Translations under genes and position numbers: made by a program | DNA from: Spirochaetaceae bacterium | GTDB taxonomy: Bacteria > Spirochaetota > Spirochaetia > WTKD01 | Length of the DNA: 64,000 nt | NCBI GenBank assembly: GCA_011524535.1 | Contig: WTKD01000006.1 | Coordinates: 168,262 to 232,261 of the forward strand | Reading direction: 5' to 3' | Shown here: piece after piece, positions 8,945-19,156 of the stretch | Position numbering within the stretch: the first letter of the stretch is position 1 | How the letters are laid out: each line of letters starts with the position of its first letter | Notes under the pieces: generated by a model | Seen by the model: only the letters and a program-made list of their open reading frames with translations | Databases searched by the model: none | What the model was told of the DNA's origin: nothing

Positions 8945-10092
8945 TGATTACTGAAATTCAATTGAATGGCCGAGTGATTTATTTGCTCGGCACTGCGCAT
9001 GTTTCTAAGGAAAGTGTTGAGGATGTTCGAGAAGTAATCGAAACAAAGAAACCCGATACGGTCTGTGTTGAACTCGATGCGCGTAGAGAAAAATCGTTGA
9101 TAAACAAAAAGAGGTGGCAAGAAACCAATATAGTATCAATTATGCGCAAAAAGCAAGGTATGTTTATGATTGCGTCCCTTATGCTTTCGGCGTATCAAAA
9201 ACGCATCGGAAGTGATGTTACGCCCGGGGCGGAAATGCTCGAAGCGCTTAAACTGGCCAAAAAAGAGAATATACATGTTTCATTGTGTGATCGCCCGATT
9301 GAGAAAACGTTAAAACGTGCGTGGCGAAAAACGGGATTCTTGAAGAAATTGCGACTATTGGAGGCTCTTTTTTCCGCTTCTTTTTCAACAAAATCAATGA
9401 AATCAGAAGATATAGAATCATTGAAGAACCAAGACGCAATAGATTCGATGATGAAAGAAATTAGTGATCAGCTTCCGTCGATCAAAACGGTGTTGATTGA
9501 TGAACGAGATCAATATCTAGCAAAAAAAATACACGAAAGTCCCGGAAAGGGTATTGTTGCTGTACTCGGAATGGGTCATCTTAAAGGGGTTGAAAAACAT
9601 CTTCGAGCCCTGGAGGCTGAAGAATATGATATCTCTTGTGATCAGTTGAGTGAGGTGCCGAAACCTTCGAAGATAGGGGTCTTTCTCAAGTGGGCAATTC
9701 CTATTGGGATTATTGCGCTCATCACGCGAGGAGCGTTCACCAGTGATTGGGCCAGTGTCTTTAATAATTTTCTTTCTTGGTTCATGGTGAACGGCACATT
9801 ATCCGCGTTTGCAGCCATTCTTGCGCTCGCGCACCCAATTACAATCGTAGGGACATTTCTAGCAGCACCGTTTACATCCTTGAGTCCAGCAATTGGTGTT
9901 GGTTTTGTTGCAGGAATAATAGAAGGAAGTTTCAGAAAACCATTGGTACGGGATTTTCAGAACGTAACAAATGATATCCGAACGCTGCGCGGGGTCTATC
10001 GAAACCGTGTAAGTAGGGTTTTGCTTGTATTTTTTCTTACTACAATTGGTAGTGCTATTGGAACCTTCAGTGCAATTTCCACCTTATTTTGA
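8944..10092 (+). CDS. TraB/PrgY/GumN (pheromone shutdown) family protein
   Basis: GTAHVS, VCVELD, PGAEM, ERD and GMGHL motifs plus C-terminal TM helices. TAATG overlap with the DHH gene. Confidence 0.9.
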   Translation: MITEIQLNGRVIYLLGTAHVSKESVEDVREVIETKKPDTVCVELDARREKSLINKKRWQETNIVSIMRKKQGMFMIASLMLSAYQKRIGSDVTPGAEMLEALKLAKKENIHVSLCDRPIEKTLKRAWRKTGFLKKLRLLEALFSASFSTKSMKSEDIESLKNQDAIDSMMKEISDQLPSIKTVLIDERDQYLAKKIHESPGKGIVAVLGMGHLKGVEKHLRALEAEEYDISCDQLSEVPKPSKIGVFLKWAIPIGIIALITRGAFTSDWASVFNNFLSWFMVNGTLSAFAAILALAHPITIVGTFLAAPFTSLSPAIGVGFVAGIIEGSFRKPLVRDFQNVTNDIRTLRGVYRNRVSRVLLVFFLTTIGSAIGTFSAISTLF

Positions 10093-10131
10093 ATCTAATC
10101 AGATACCGCTGGGGATCGCATCGGTTTGAAG

Positions 10132-10989
10132 CTAATGCAATTCGATAGTTGAGTTGTATATCCCAAATTCGGCGATCAATTGATTTTTTATGGCCTTCTG
10201 TACTGTTTTTGGTTCGTGGGCTGCGGTAGTTGATATAGAGGCGTCCAAGAAGGCGCGATCATTATCCAATTGCCATACATGCATAGAATTGATACTGTCT
10301 ACGCCATCCAATGCTAATAGAGAGGAACGAATAGTGTTTGGATCTATATGCTCAGGAACTCCCTGCATGAGAATGAGGATACAAGCACGGATCATGACGA
10401 GCCCTTGGATCAAAATATAGGCAGAAATGGCAATGGTTGCAATAAGATCTATGAAGTACCATCCAAAGAGATAGATTAGTATGCCAGCAATGATGACAGC
10501 AATCGACGCAAATGCATCTGCCAAATTATGCAGAAAAGCAGCTCTGATTTTCAGGTTTTTTTTGCTTCCAGAACGATACATCATATAAGCGGTTATAGAA
10601 TCGACGACGAGCGCGAGAAGCGCAACCCATATAAGGACAGCTCCTTCGATCGTGGTTGGATTCAAAAATCTCATTACCGCTTGATAGGCAAGAAAAATCC
10701 CAAGAAAGATCAAAGAAGAACAGTTTATCAAAGCTCCAAGTATTTCAGCTCTTTTGTATCCAAAGGTATGGGTGTTCGAGGGGGGAAGTTTTGCGATATT
10801 TCGTGCAACCAATGCAATGATGATGGTTCCGGCATCGCTCAGGTTATGTACCGCATCGGCGATCAAAGCTAAGCTGTTCGCAAGCATGCCCCATGTGAAT
10901 TGCGCAACAACAAGGGCAAGATTTACAAGGGTGGCGATGATTAGTCGGCGAGAGTTGGCACGATTTTGTGTTAATGTATGTTGGTGCAT
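10132..10989 (-). CDS. Cation diffusion facilitator (CzcD/ZitB-like Zn/Co/Cd exporter)
   Basis: SLALIADAVHNLSD, TFGYKRAE and AAFLHNLAD metal-site motifs. Confidence 0.92.
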   Translation of the reverse strand: MHQHTLTQNRANSRRLIIATLVNLALVVAQFTWGMLANSLALIADAVHNLSDAGTIIIALVARNIAKLPPSNTHTFGYKRAEILGALINCSSLIFLGIFLAYQAVMRFLNPTTIEGAVLIWVALLALVVDSITAYMMYRSGSKKNLKIRAAFLHNLADAFASIAVIIAGILIYLFGWYFIDLIATIAISAYILIQGLVMIRACILILMQGVPEHIDPNTIRSSLLALDGVDSINSMHVWQLDNDRAFLDASISTTAAHEPKTVQKAIKNQLIAEFGIYNSTIELH

Positions 10990-11101
10990 ATCAGATTTAA
11001 AATTGTACTATAAAAAAACCATATATACAAATTTTCTGTACTGGATGTTTTTTGTGACATGGGATATCCTAGATATTAGAGAAAAGGAGTTTAGTGAACT
11101 T

Positions 11102-11632
11102 ATGACGATACGTAGCATGACTTATGCCGTTTTTGCCATCATTTTGTTGATGCTGAGTGGTTGTGCGACAATATTGTATTCAAGTGAACAAACCTTGGGT
11201 ATATCGAGTTTTCCACGAAGCGCCCAGTACAAAGTTATAAAAATATCAGATGGAGGCGAAAGGAGCACTCTCACCAAGGGGCTTACTCCAGGAATCATCA
11301 ACATCCAACGAGGGGAAGGCTATTTTTCAGCGATAGAATATGAAATAGAAGTGACTCTGGAAGGCTACGAACCTGTGATCATTCCTCTGCGATCAAATTT
11401 TGCATTTGAACCTATGATTGCAGACTTTTTTCTTGGTATAATACCTCTCCTACTCATAGATCCCTTCACTGGGGCCTTTTATTATTACACAGAGGTTTCG
11501 AGTGGACAAGATTCAAACGTGTACACTGTTTTTTCTAATAGAAGAAGATTGGAAATTTCGATTGAGCTTGCAGCAGTGTCGGATGTCCAGAAAGAGAATC
11601 TTGTATTGATAGCCCAAGCAGAAAAAAAATAA
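11102..11632 (+). CDS. Hypothetical lipoprotein (PEGA-like beta domain)
   Basis: SD AAGGAG before ATG 11102; lipobox LSGC; S.P..A / G.TP / EGY pattern and IDPFTGA. The longer ORF start overlaps the CDF gene. Confidence 0.7.
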   Translation: MTIRSMTYAVFAIILLMLSGCATILYSSEQTLGISSFPRSAQYKVIKISDGGERSTLTKGLTPGIINIQRGEGYFSAIEYEIEVTLEGYEPVIIPLRSNFAFEPMIADFFLGIIPLLLIDPFTGAFYYYTEVSSGQDSNVYTVFSNRRRLEISIELAAVSDVQKENLVLIAQAEKK

Positions 11633-11660
11633 GACTTTTTTACTATTTGAGAGAGTGCTT

Positions 11661-13049
11661 TTATTCGGTGTGGCTTTTATCTGATGATTCGGAAATTACC
11701 TTGAAAGCCGAATCCAGCGAATCTACAACCGTATAAGGGGTTTCTTGATCCTGTTTTGCTTTGCTTTTAGAGGATGGTCCTTCTGGAGCCAAGCAAAACG
11801 TATAGCCAGCATCTTGGGCTGCCTTCAACCGTTTCTTCAGTAATGAAACGGGGCGAATCTCACCGGCCAGGCTTAGCTCCCCTACTGCGCAGCAGCGGTG
11901 AGGAAGAGGGATTCCCGTGCGAGCCGAGTAGAGAGAGAGAGCTAGGGCAAGATCTGAGCCGACATCATGTATGGTAATGCCTCCCGCAACGTTTATATAG
12001 ATGTCCTGGTCGGAAAAACTAAACCCGGTGTGTTTTTCTACGACGGCAGCAATGCGTGCGATTCTACGCATGTCAATTTTGTCTGAATATACGCGGTGGG
12101 CACTTACATGGCTTGTGACGGTGAGTGCTTGTATTTCGATGACAAAGACGCGCGACCCTTCAAAGATTGGCACTGAAATAGTTCCTGGAGGAATGGGTTT
12201 TGATTCTGGCCTGTGAATTTGAAATAGTTGAGAAATATCAGGTATGGTTTGAATACCTTGCTCTGATAATGTAAACACTCCCAATTCATCGGTCGCCCCA
12301 AATCTATTTTTGATTGCCCTGATATAACGCAGATCCGCATCCCCGTGTTCGAACATAAGGACGGTATCTACAAGATGCTCTATTTGTTTCGGCCCGGCTA
12401 TCGTACCATCCTTGGTGATATGACTCACAATAAATGTACATATTTGATGCGTTCGAGAAAAATCGACCAGGGCCTGGGCAATATGTCGCAACTGTGCAAT
12501 CGATCCTCCAGTAGAACGGTGATCGTCGAGATGCATTGTCTGAATTGAATCGATAACGATTACTGCTTTGTGCACCTCTTCCAATGCGAGCAATATTGGG
12601 ATGATATGTGTATCACAAATAACTGAGACCGAGTCGGTAGTAATGTTTAATCGCTGGGCTCGATGTTGTATGCGGGCAAGAATTTCTTCACCTGTGATAT
12701 ACCATACTGGCACATCCAGAGTAGATGCATATTGCAACATCAACGTGGATTTTCCGATACCAGGCTCACCACCAATGAGTATTGTAGACCCGGGCACCGC
12801 ACCTCCACCGAGCACTTGGTCAAATTCTTGCATGCGTGAGGTCCATCGAACTTCACTCGTATCTGGTCTGCCTTGTAGTGGGTGAACGTCACTGCTTTTT
12901 TGTGATGTATGCGAATGAGAATCGAGTGAATGTGTGGCTTCTTTTTCTTCTTCAAGGCTCCCCCATGTGTTGCATTGGGGGCATCGCCCATACCAAGTTG
13001 CATGGTATGCATCACAGGTGGTACATTTATATCCTTTAATTTTTGGCAT
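11661..13049 (-). CDS. radA: DNA repair protein RadA/Sms
   Basis: C4 zinc finger, Walker A GEPGIGKST, KNRFG motif, Lon-like C-terminus. Confidence 0.96.
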   Translation of the reverse strand: MPKIKGYKCTTCDAYHATWYGRCPQCNTWGSLEEEKEATHSLDSHSHTSQKSSDVHPLQGRPDTSEVRWTSRMQEFDQVLGGGAVPGSTILIGGEPGIGKSTLMLQYASTLDVPVWYITGEEILARIQHRAQRLNITTDSVSVICDTHIIPILLALEEVHKAVIVIDSIQTMHLDDHRSTGGSIAQLRHIAQALVDFSRTHQICTFIVSHITKDGTIAGPKQIEHLVDTVLMFEHGDADLRYIRAIKNRFGATDELGVFTLSEQGIQTIPDISQLFQIHRPESKPIPPGTISVPIFEGSRVFVIEIQALTVTSHVSAHRVYSDKIDMRRIARIAAVVEKHTGFSFSDQDIYINVAGGITIHDVGSDLALALSLYSARTGIPLPHRCCAVGELSLAGEIRPVSLLKKRLKAAQDAGYTFCLAPEGPSSKSKAKQDQETPYTVVDSLDSAFKVISESSDKSHTE

Positions 13050-13095
13050 CGGTCTACAATTTCCTTTTTTTCAATGACATGATCGTGTAAAACAT

Positions 13096-14184
13096 CTACT
13101 GCTCCAATTCACTCCAATCACGGAGTGTGAAAGAATCATCGATCAATGAAAATGAATCTGGGTTACTGGTCCAAACAGACAAATCTTTTGAAATAAAGAC
13201 GATATGAATATTTGGATATATGGATTGCAGTTCTGCTCCCATTTGTGAACCAAGCACAAGGCTAGCCGTTGATAAGGCGTCTGCGAGCACCGCATCAGCA
13301 CTTATGATGGTTGTACTGACGAGATCGCTGTCGCTTGGATACCCTGTTGCTGAATCCAGTACATGATGGTACCGCACACCGTCTTCCTCGAAAAATCGTT
13401 CATAATCACCGCTAGTTACCACAGCTGTGTCTGCAGTGATTTCATAGACTCCCATAATGTCTCGTGGACCACCTCGCGGATCTTGGATTCCTACTCTCCA
13501 AGGGCTGCCGTCTTCTTTTTTACCAATACTAACAATATTTCCTCCGAAATCGAGGAGTGCTCGAGTTACGTCCATTTCTTTCAATTGTTCTGCGATCTGT
13601 TCTGCAATATACCCTTTTGCAATACCTCCTAAATCCACACCCATGCCTTTTTTCTTCAAAAATGCCGTCTCATGTGAGATTTCTATTTGTCTAGGATCGA
13701 TGAGCGTCAAGGCGTTTTCTATTTCTTCGCTACTGGGGAGCCTCGCGGTCGAGGTTCCTATTCCCCACAGGGATACCAGGGGGTCGATGCCTAGAGCAAA
13801 GGCATTGTTTGTTTCGAGCGAAATATCTTTAGCAACACGTAATAAGGCAAGTGCTTCGGGGTGCAATACGATGGGTTCGATTCCCGCCGATGTGTTCAAT
13901 GACCGTATATATGAATCTGGACCGCCGGGATAGGATGAAAAAATTCTGTCGTACTCATCGATGCTATCCCGAATAGAGTCCCATGCATTGGCATTGAGGC
14001 GCTTGTCAAACAGAGTGATTTGAATTGTGGTTCCAATTTGTAAAGATGAAAAAACGTTAGATCCACATCCGGCAAACGTCAACGTAGCTAGAAAAAGAAA
14101 CAGGATCCTGGTTCCCAATGAGAATATTCTTTTTGTGGACAAAAAGTATCTTCTTGTTTGGGTTGGTTGCGCTAAATCATTCAT
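13096..14184 (-). CDS. apbE: FAD:protein FMN transferase (ApbE/Ftp) lipoprotein
   Basis: Lipobox FAGC; DLGGIAKGY, TSGDYERF, HHVLD and ADALST motifs. Start at 14184 follows TATCCT-N6. Confidence 0.92.
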   Translation of the reverse strand: MNDLAQPTQTRRYFLSTKRIFSLGTRILFLFLATLTFAGCGSNVFSSLQIGTTIQITLFDKRLNANAWDSIRDSIDEYDRIFSSYPGGPDSYIRSLNTSAGIEPIVLHPEALALLRVAKDISLETNNAFALGIDPLVSLWGIGTSTARLPSSEEIENALTLIDPRQIEISHETAFLKKKGMGVDLGGIAKGYIAEQIAEQLKEMDVTRALLDFGGNIVSIGKKEDGSPWRVGIQDPRGGPRDIMGVYEITADTAVVTSGDYERFFEEDGVRYHHVLDSATGYPSDSDLVSTTIISADAVLADALSTASLVLGSQMGAELQSIYPNIHIVFISKDLSVWTSNPDSFSLIDDSFTLRDWSELEQ

Positions 14185-14246
14185 AGATTTAGGATACACC
14201 GAACATTGTACTGTGTGCATTTGTGTGCGGCGGGCGATCCGAGAAA

Positions 14247-14960
14247 TTACCTAATTTCATCGAAATATACATGGTCTTCGGACTCCATTCGAGAAAAATT
14301 TGCAGAGTGTAGTTTATTGATGGTAATGATGTATTGTTCACGTGAAGCGCTTCTGCTTGCTCGAGGTTTGTATGCCCGGACCTGCGCAAATTTTGGTTTG
14401 AGTTCGTTCATCATGTTGTTTAGTATTTGCTGAGAGAAGATTTTGCATACAAAATTACCCCCTTTCGCTAAGTATTCTATGTAACGTTGAGTATTATCGT
14501 GTAATAGTTTTGATTGAGCATTATCCACAATTCGGTTTCCAGTGCTCGATGGGGCTGCATCGCATAAAATAAGAGAAAAGGGGGCATAGGATGCTTGTTG
14601 CTGGTATATCGATTCTTGGCATAGATCTCCAATTGTTTGACTAACACGCTTATGGCCTTTCAATGCCAAAGGATTCAAATCAATCGTGTATATATGGGCT
14701 TTTTTTGATAGTGGATGTGACAAACACCACTGGACCCAAGAACCAGGAGATGCGCCCAGATCGAGTATTTTTGGATTTGAGAATTTTTTTATACCTTCAA
14801 ATATCCTAAATCGTTTGTCTATTTCTTGCAGTTTGAACACCGAACGTGCAAAAAAGCCTTCAGATTTTGCTTGTTTTGTATACGAGTCGCTCCATTGTAT
14901 TCGATGGGAAGGCTTTTTTTTTGAGGCAGGAGATGCATTATTTCTAGTGAGTCGGTTCAT
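14247..14960 (-). CDS. rlmE: 23S rRNA Um2552 methyltransferase RlmE/FtsJ
   Basis: ARSVFKLQEID, DLGASPGSW, CDAAP, KIF and ASRSASRE; K-D-K-E tetrad intact. Confidence 0.92.
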   Translation of the reverse strand: MNRLTRNNASPASKKKPSHRIQWSDSYTKQAKSEGFFARSVFKLQEIDKRFRIFEGIKKFSNPKILDLGASPGSWVQWCLSHPLSKKAHIYTIDLNPLALKGHKRVSQTIGDLCQESIYQQQASYAPFSLILCDAAPSSTGNRIVDNAQSKLLHDNTQRYIEYLAKGGNFVCKIFSQQILNNMMNELKPKFAQVRAYKPRASRSASREQYIITINKLHSANFSRMESEDHVYFDEIR

Positions 14961-15073
14961 GACGGATCAAAGAAAGTGGGATGCGTTATTTACTAAGAAT
15001 ATCCAAAAAAACCGAATAATGAAAAGTGGCTATATGAATATGGAGGGAGAAAAGGAGCCATTATCTGGCTGTG

Positions 15074-15103
15074 TTGACAACGTATCAACTACTGTAATAG
15101 TCT
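15074..15103 (+). promoter_or_regulatory. Sigma70 promoter TTGACA-N18-TAGTCT, 6 nt before ATG (leaderless)
   Basis: Perfect -35 box; no SD before the rhomboid start. Confidence 0.6.
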
Positions 15104-15109
15104 CAGTTA

Positions 15110-15757
15110 ATGAAATTGCTTACTTTCGTAAGAAAACCTCTTCCATATGAGTATAGAAACTTTCTGATTGGCATCATAGGAATAAATGTAATCGTCCAAG
15201 TACTTCAATATGCGATGCCATCGCTAATAATATATCTAGGGATGAACCCCTTAGAAATCTTGAGGGGGAGAATTTGGCAATTCTTCACATATATGTTTGT
15301 ACACGACAGGGGGAACCTTGGACACCTTCTTTTTAATATGTTGGCATTGTTCTTTTTTGGTCGTCAGATAGAACGTGAATTGGGTAGTTGGGAATTCCTT
15401 TTGTTCTATCTCAGTACAGGTGTCATATCTGGCTTGATATCCTTTTTTATCTATTTGTTTTCAGGGCAAATTTTAAGCCTTCTTGTCGGAGCTTCCGGGG
15501 CAGTTTTTGGAGTTGTCTTGCTGTTTGCAACCATGCACCCTGAAACACGCATATACGTATTTTTTATGATACCAATGTCAGCAGGGTTATTTATTGTATT
15601 TCACGTTGGCTACGAGCTATTTATGGAACTAACAAATCGAGGCAGTCGCGTATCCCATATAACCCATTTGGCAGGGTTTGCCTGGGCCTATGCTTTCATA
15701 TACATTCGATATCGTATTGATCCATTAAAACGGATGTTTCCAAGAATATTTTCCTAA
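15110..15757 (+). CDS. Rhomboid family intramembrane serine protease
   Basis: WQFFTYMFVH, HLLFNM, GASG and HLAG motifs. Confidence 0.93.
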   Translation: MKLLTFVRKPLPYEYRNFLIGIIGINVIVQVLQYAMPSLIIYLGMNPLEILRGRIWQFFTYMFVHDRGNLGHLLFNMLALFFFGRQIERELGSWEFLLFYLSTGVISGLISFFIYLFSGQILSLLVGASGAVFGVVLLFATMHPETRIYVFFMIPMSAGLFIVFHVGYELFMELTNRGSRVSHITHLAGFAWAYAFIYIRYRIDPLKRMFPRIFS

Positions 15758-15887
15758 AGGTACGTATTCAAAAGAACAGACTACCTAGGTACAACTCATT
15801 AAGATGTGCAAAGAGAGTACCTAGATTAATTAGAGCGGCGGTTAGAAAGTGTAATGTTTTGAGGTGTGCTGCCGTTATTCTTTGTGA

Positions 15888-16589
15888 ATGATACGCGTTT
15901 ATTCTAACCATATAGGTCTGGGCATCCTTGGGGGACTGATGTTTTTCTTCCTAGGTCCAGAGGTGATAACATCACAGGAATACATACGCAGCGTTCAATC
16001 AACAGAAGATTATATTTTATACACAGCCTTCGTTCCCTATGATTCACCTGCTGAATCCAATAATGCTACCAAGGAGCGTAGAGTAGAGGAAAATCTACAG
16101 CGAATTCAAGATCAAGTTGCAACATATGTGCGAGGATATATTCAAGGAATCCCATTCACATACCATCCGCATAGCAACCGCTTTGGCGTAAATGAAGAGT
16201 TTATTCCAGAGGTTTCTGATATTGCACAAAAACGTGTTCTTGACCGCATAACAAATGCAATCACAGATGAGGGGATTTCCCTTACACTTCGGTATACCTT
16301 GTCTGATAGCGAACGACTCTACCGGGCGACTGTGGATAATGGAATTCGCGCAACGTACGATGCTCGCGGAAGAGGGACCAGCCCAGAAGCTGCTTTTTTT
16401 GATGCGTTGCGCGTGGCGGTACGCGAGCCTATGAGGAAAAAAGTTTTTAATAAACCAAAGAAAATAACAGGGTTTGTTGTGTTGCATCGGATGCCGCGTG
16501 AATATTTTTTACAGGGGAAGTATGTGTGTGAGATTAAGGTTTCCCTCTTGCATATCTCGGTTTCTCCGTACGAGGAGGCATTTTTTTGA
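15888..16589 (+). CDS. Hypothetical exported protein
   Basis: 233-aa ORF with N-terminal hydrophobic segment; fills the gap co-directionally; TATTCT-N6-ATG. Confidence 0.7.
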   Translation: MIRVYSNHIGLGILGGLMFFFLGPEVITSQEYIRSVQSTEDYILYTAFVPYDSPAESNNATKERRVEENLQRIQDQVATYVRGYIQGIPFTYHPHSNRFGVNEEFIPEVSDIAQKRVLDRITNAITDEGISLTLRYTLSDSERLYRATVDNGIRATYDARGRGTSPEAAFFDALRVAVREPMRKKVFNKPKKITGFVVLHRMPREYFLQGKYVCEIKVSLLHISVSPYEEAFF

Positions 16590-16775
16590 AATGTGCTGAG
16601 CGGATTCACCATTTGTTGTGGAGAGAATCGCCTTCTATCAAAGGTTTCGTATTTGCCAGTGGCTTAGTTAGTTATGATTGTTTACTAGCAAAGAATATAT
16701 TTTCTATAAAAAAAGAATAAAAACCGCTTTTTAAAGAAAATTTTTTTAGAAAATAAAGAATTTAAGTGGTTACCC

Positions 16776-16804
16776 TTTACTTTAGAACATCAGTTGAGTA
16801 TCAT
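16776..16804 (+). promoter_or_regulatory. Sigma70 promoter TTTACT-N17-TATCAT, 5 nt before ATG (leaderless), with AT-rich UP-like region
   Basis: Read directly upstream of the TolC-family gene. Confidence 0.62.
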
Positions 16805-16809
16805 ACCGT

Positions 16810-18159
16810 ATGAAATTCATACGTATATGCACGATGTTCTTACTTTGTAGTGGTATATTTGCGCAGTCGCCACTTACACTTGATGACATTGTAGAAAGAA
16901 GTAAGAGCTATAACAAACAATTAGCAATCAGTAGATATCAACTCGAAAAAGCAGTAAACACAAGAGATAACGTCTGGTCATATATATATCCAAAGGTTAG
17001 TGGTTCCTTTAATTACAATTGGCAACGCTTAGATAATACCGATGCTCCCGCTGCTCCTGGTTTTTCGGCTGCGAACTCAGACCCAGTCACATCTCAGGCA
17101 CTCGCATTTACAGGGAGTGCCTCGTTAGGGATTTCTTCCGCCCTATATGCAGGAATTCGCACCCAGTACTTGGCGTATGAAATCGAAGAGATTGCATTTG
17201 AAGCTACGGCCGAAGAAATAGAAAAGCAGGTCCGAAAGTTTTATTTTGACATTTTATTGCTCAAAGAATCTTTGGAATTGTTTCAAAAGAGATACGAACA
17301 AGCTCAGGAATTGCTTTCTAGCACGCAAGCGTCGTTTGACAATGGGTTTGTTTCCGAAATAGAGCTATTGCAGGTGAGACTGCGGGCTGACGGATTAAAG
17401 CTGGCAATCGAACGACAAGAATCTCTATATAATCAGCAGTTGCAGGATTATCTAACTTTGGTGGGATTCGAAAGAGGGTTCGAAGTAGATATGGTTGAGC
17501 GAATTGCGGATTATTCAGTCAATGAAGATATCTTGAATACCGTTGCATCTTCACGAAGTGTGTCGATATATCAGCGCTCTGATGTTCGAATTACAGAACA
17601 AAGAATGAAAGTGAATGCGAGCACACGTACGACAAGCATATTGCAATTGCTGCCTCTAATCAATGTGTCGTATTCCTATACAGGAGTGACAAATGGTATA
17701 GAGGATGCGTTTAATTTTGATGACAGCTATTACACGGACAATCAAACGTTTTCTGTTGGATTGCAGTGGACATTATCTGAGCTGTTTCCACTTTCTACAC
17801 CGTTAACCAGTATTATCAATTCTGGGATTACGGATGATGAACTGGAAGAGTCGTTGGTTTCTCAGATCGAAACAGCTGAAAATACCATCGATAACCTAAT
17901 ACGTGAAATCGAGAGAGAGCTAAAAACTCTAGAAGAACAATCATCAACGATTGAGCTCAATCAACAGTTATACGATAGAACCCTTGAGGCCTATAACGAT
18001 GGAACGCGAACCTATGATATGCTCCGTCAGACAGAAATCGACCTATTGATACAAGAACAGAACTTTCTGAGCACTCAAGTGACGCTTATAAAAAAGGCAT
18101 TCGATCTGGCTCATGAAGCCAATATTCTGTTTACAGACGCGTATGTAAAAACTAACTAG
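16810..18159 (+). CDS. TolC-family outer membrane efflux protein
   Basis: Signal peptide, two OEP repeats (YPKVS / LPLIN; FDNGFVSEIELLQ), first gene of the RND operon. Confidence 0.85.
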   Translation: MKFIRICTMFLLCSGIFAQSPLTLDDIVERSKSYNKQLAISRYQLEKAVNTRDNVWSYIYPKVSGSFNYNWQRLDNTDAPAAPGFSAANSDPVTSQALAFTGSASLGISSALYAGIRTQYLAYEIEEIAFEATAEEIEKQVRKFYFDILLLKESLELFQKRYEQAQELLSSTQASFDNGFVSEIELLQVRLRADGLKLAIERQESLYNQQLQDYLTLVGFERGFEVDMVERIADYSVNEDILNTVASSRSVSIYQRSDVRITEQRMKVNASTRTTSILQLLPLINVSYSYTGVTNGIEDAFNFDDSYYTDNQTFSVGLQWTLSELFPLSTPLTSIINSGITDDELEESLVSQIETAENTIDNLIREIERELKTLEEQSSTIELNQQLYDRTLEAYNDGTRTYDMLRQTEIDLLIQEQNFLSTQVTLIKKAFDLAHEANILFTDAYVKTN

Positions 18160-18177
18160 GAGAGAAAGAGAATTACC

Positions 18178-19155
18178 ATGATACATTTTAAAAAGAAACT
18201 AATAATAGTGGTGACCGCTATAGTTGCTCTGACCTTTGCCTGTACTCCGAGAGGAGAAGGCACCGAAGGTGAACAAGGAGCTCAATCAGAAAGGGCCGCT
18301 AGACCCGGAACTGCCTCTAATGAGGAAGAGGCAGAACAGTTATTTGCTGTCAATACGACTATCGCTCGAGAGCAATCAATTGTTGATTACTTTGATTTGA
18401 GTGGAGACATCCGCGCCCAGTCGAATGTTACGGTTGTTTCCGAAGTCGCTGGAGATGTCACCAGAATTTTTGTTGAGCTCGGAGAACGGGTTGCTCGTAA
18501 TGAGCGGATTGCTGAGATGGACCCTTCCAAACCAGGGCAAAGATTTGAATTGAACGTCGTTCGATCTCCTATCGCCGGAACCGTTGTGCAAATTCCTGCA
18601 GAGGTAGGGATGAGTGCTTCTCCAGGGATGCCTTTGATAAATATTTCTCAGACTGATGAACTTGAAATCGTCACCCGTATACCAGAACGAAACGTTTCAC
18701 GGATATCAATAGGACAAAAGGCGCGAGTCCAACTTGATGCCTATCCAGATACCAACTTCATAGCTGAAGTGTTCGAAATCAATCCGGTATTGGATCCAAT
18801 AACAAGAACACTCGAAATTCGTCTGGTAATACTCGATGAATTTGGCGTTTCAATACGCCCGGGAATGTACGCGAAAATCCAATTGATAGTTGAGGAAAAA
18901 GAAGGGGTGGTGTTACCGTTTCAGGCGGTTGTGAGACGTTTTGGGGAACAATTTGTATATATCGTCAACCAGGATGATACTGTCACACAACAACAGATTC
19001 AAGCTGGAATACAAATAGACGATAAAATTGAAGTTGTGTCTGGCGTTGAAAAAGATGCGGCTGTTGTATACCAAGGACAATCACTGCTCAGCGATGGAGT
19101 GAAAGTCAGGGTTATCAATGAATTGGATTTACTCCAATCCACAGAAGGAGAATAG
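18178..19155 (+). CDS. RND efflux periplasmic adaptor (MFP) lipoprotein
   Basis: Lipobox TFAC; VRSPIAGTV, DPITRT and IRPGMYA motifs. Confidence 0.92.
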   Translation: MIHFKKKLIIVVTAIVALTFACTPRGEGTEGEQGAQSERAARPGTASNEEEAEQLFAVNTTIAREQSIVDYFDLSGDIRAQSNVTVVSEVAGDVTRIFVELGERVARNERIAEMDPSKPGQRFELNVVRSPIAGTVVQIPAEVGMSASPGMPLINISQTDELEIVTRIPERNVSRISIGQKARVQLDAYPDTNFIAEVFEINPVLDPITRTLEIRLVILDEFGVSIRPGMYAKIQLIVEEKEGVVLPFQAVVRRFGEQFVYIVNQDDTVTQQQIQAGIQIDDKIEVVSGVEKDAAVVYQGQSLLSDGVKVRVINELDLLQSTEGE

Positions 19156-19156
19156 T

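Noticed and set aside
8944-10092. TraB as evidence of a conjugative element
   Set aside because: It is the PrgY/GumN pheromone-shutdown family, common on chromosomes; no relaxase, T4SS or integrase is in the window.
10754-11101. 5' extension of the lipoprotein ORF, antisense to the CDF gene
   Set aside because: SD and signal peptide define the start at 11102.
13865-13895. GGTTCGATTCCC, a tRNA T-loop-like string
   Set aside because: Lies inside apbE; no acceptor, D or anticodon arms can be built around it.
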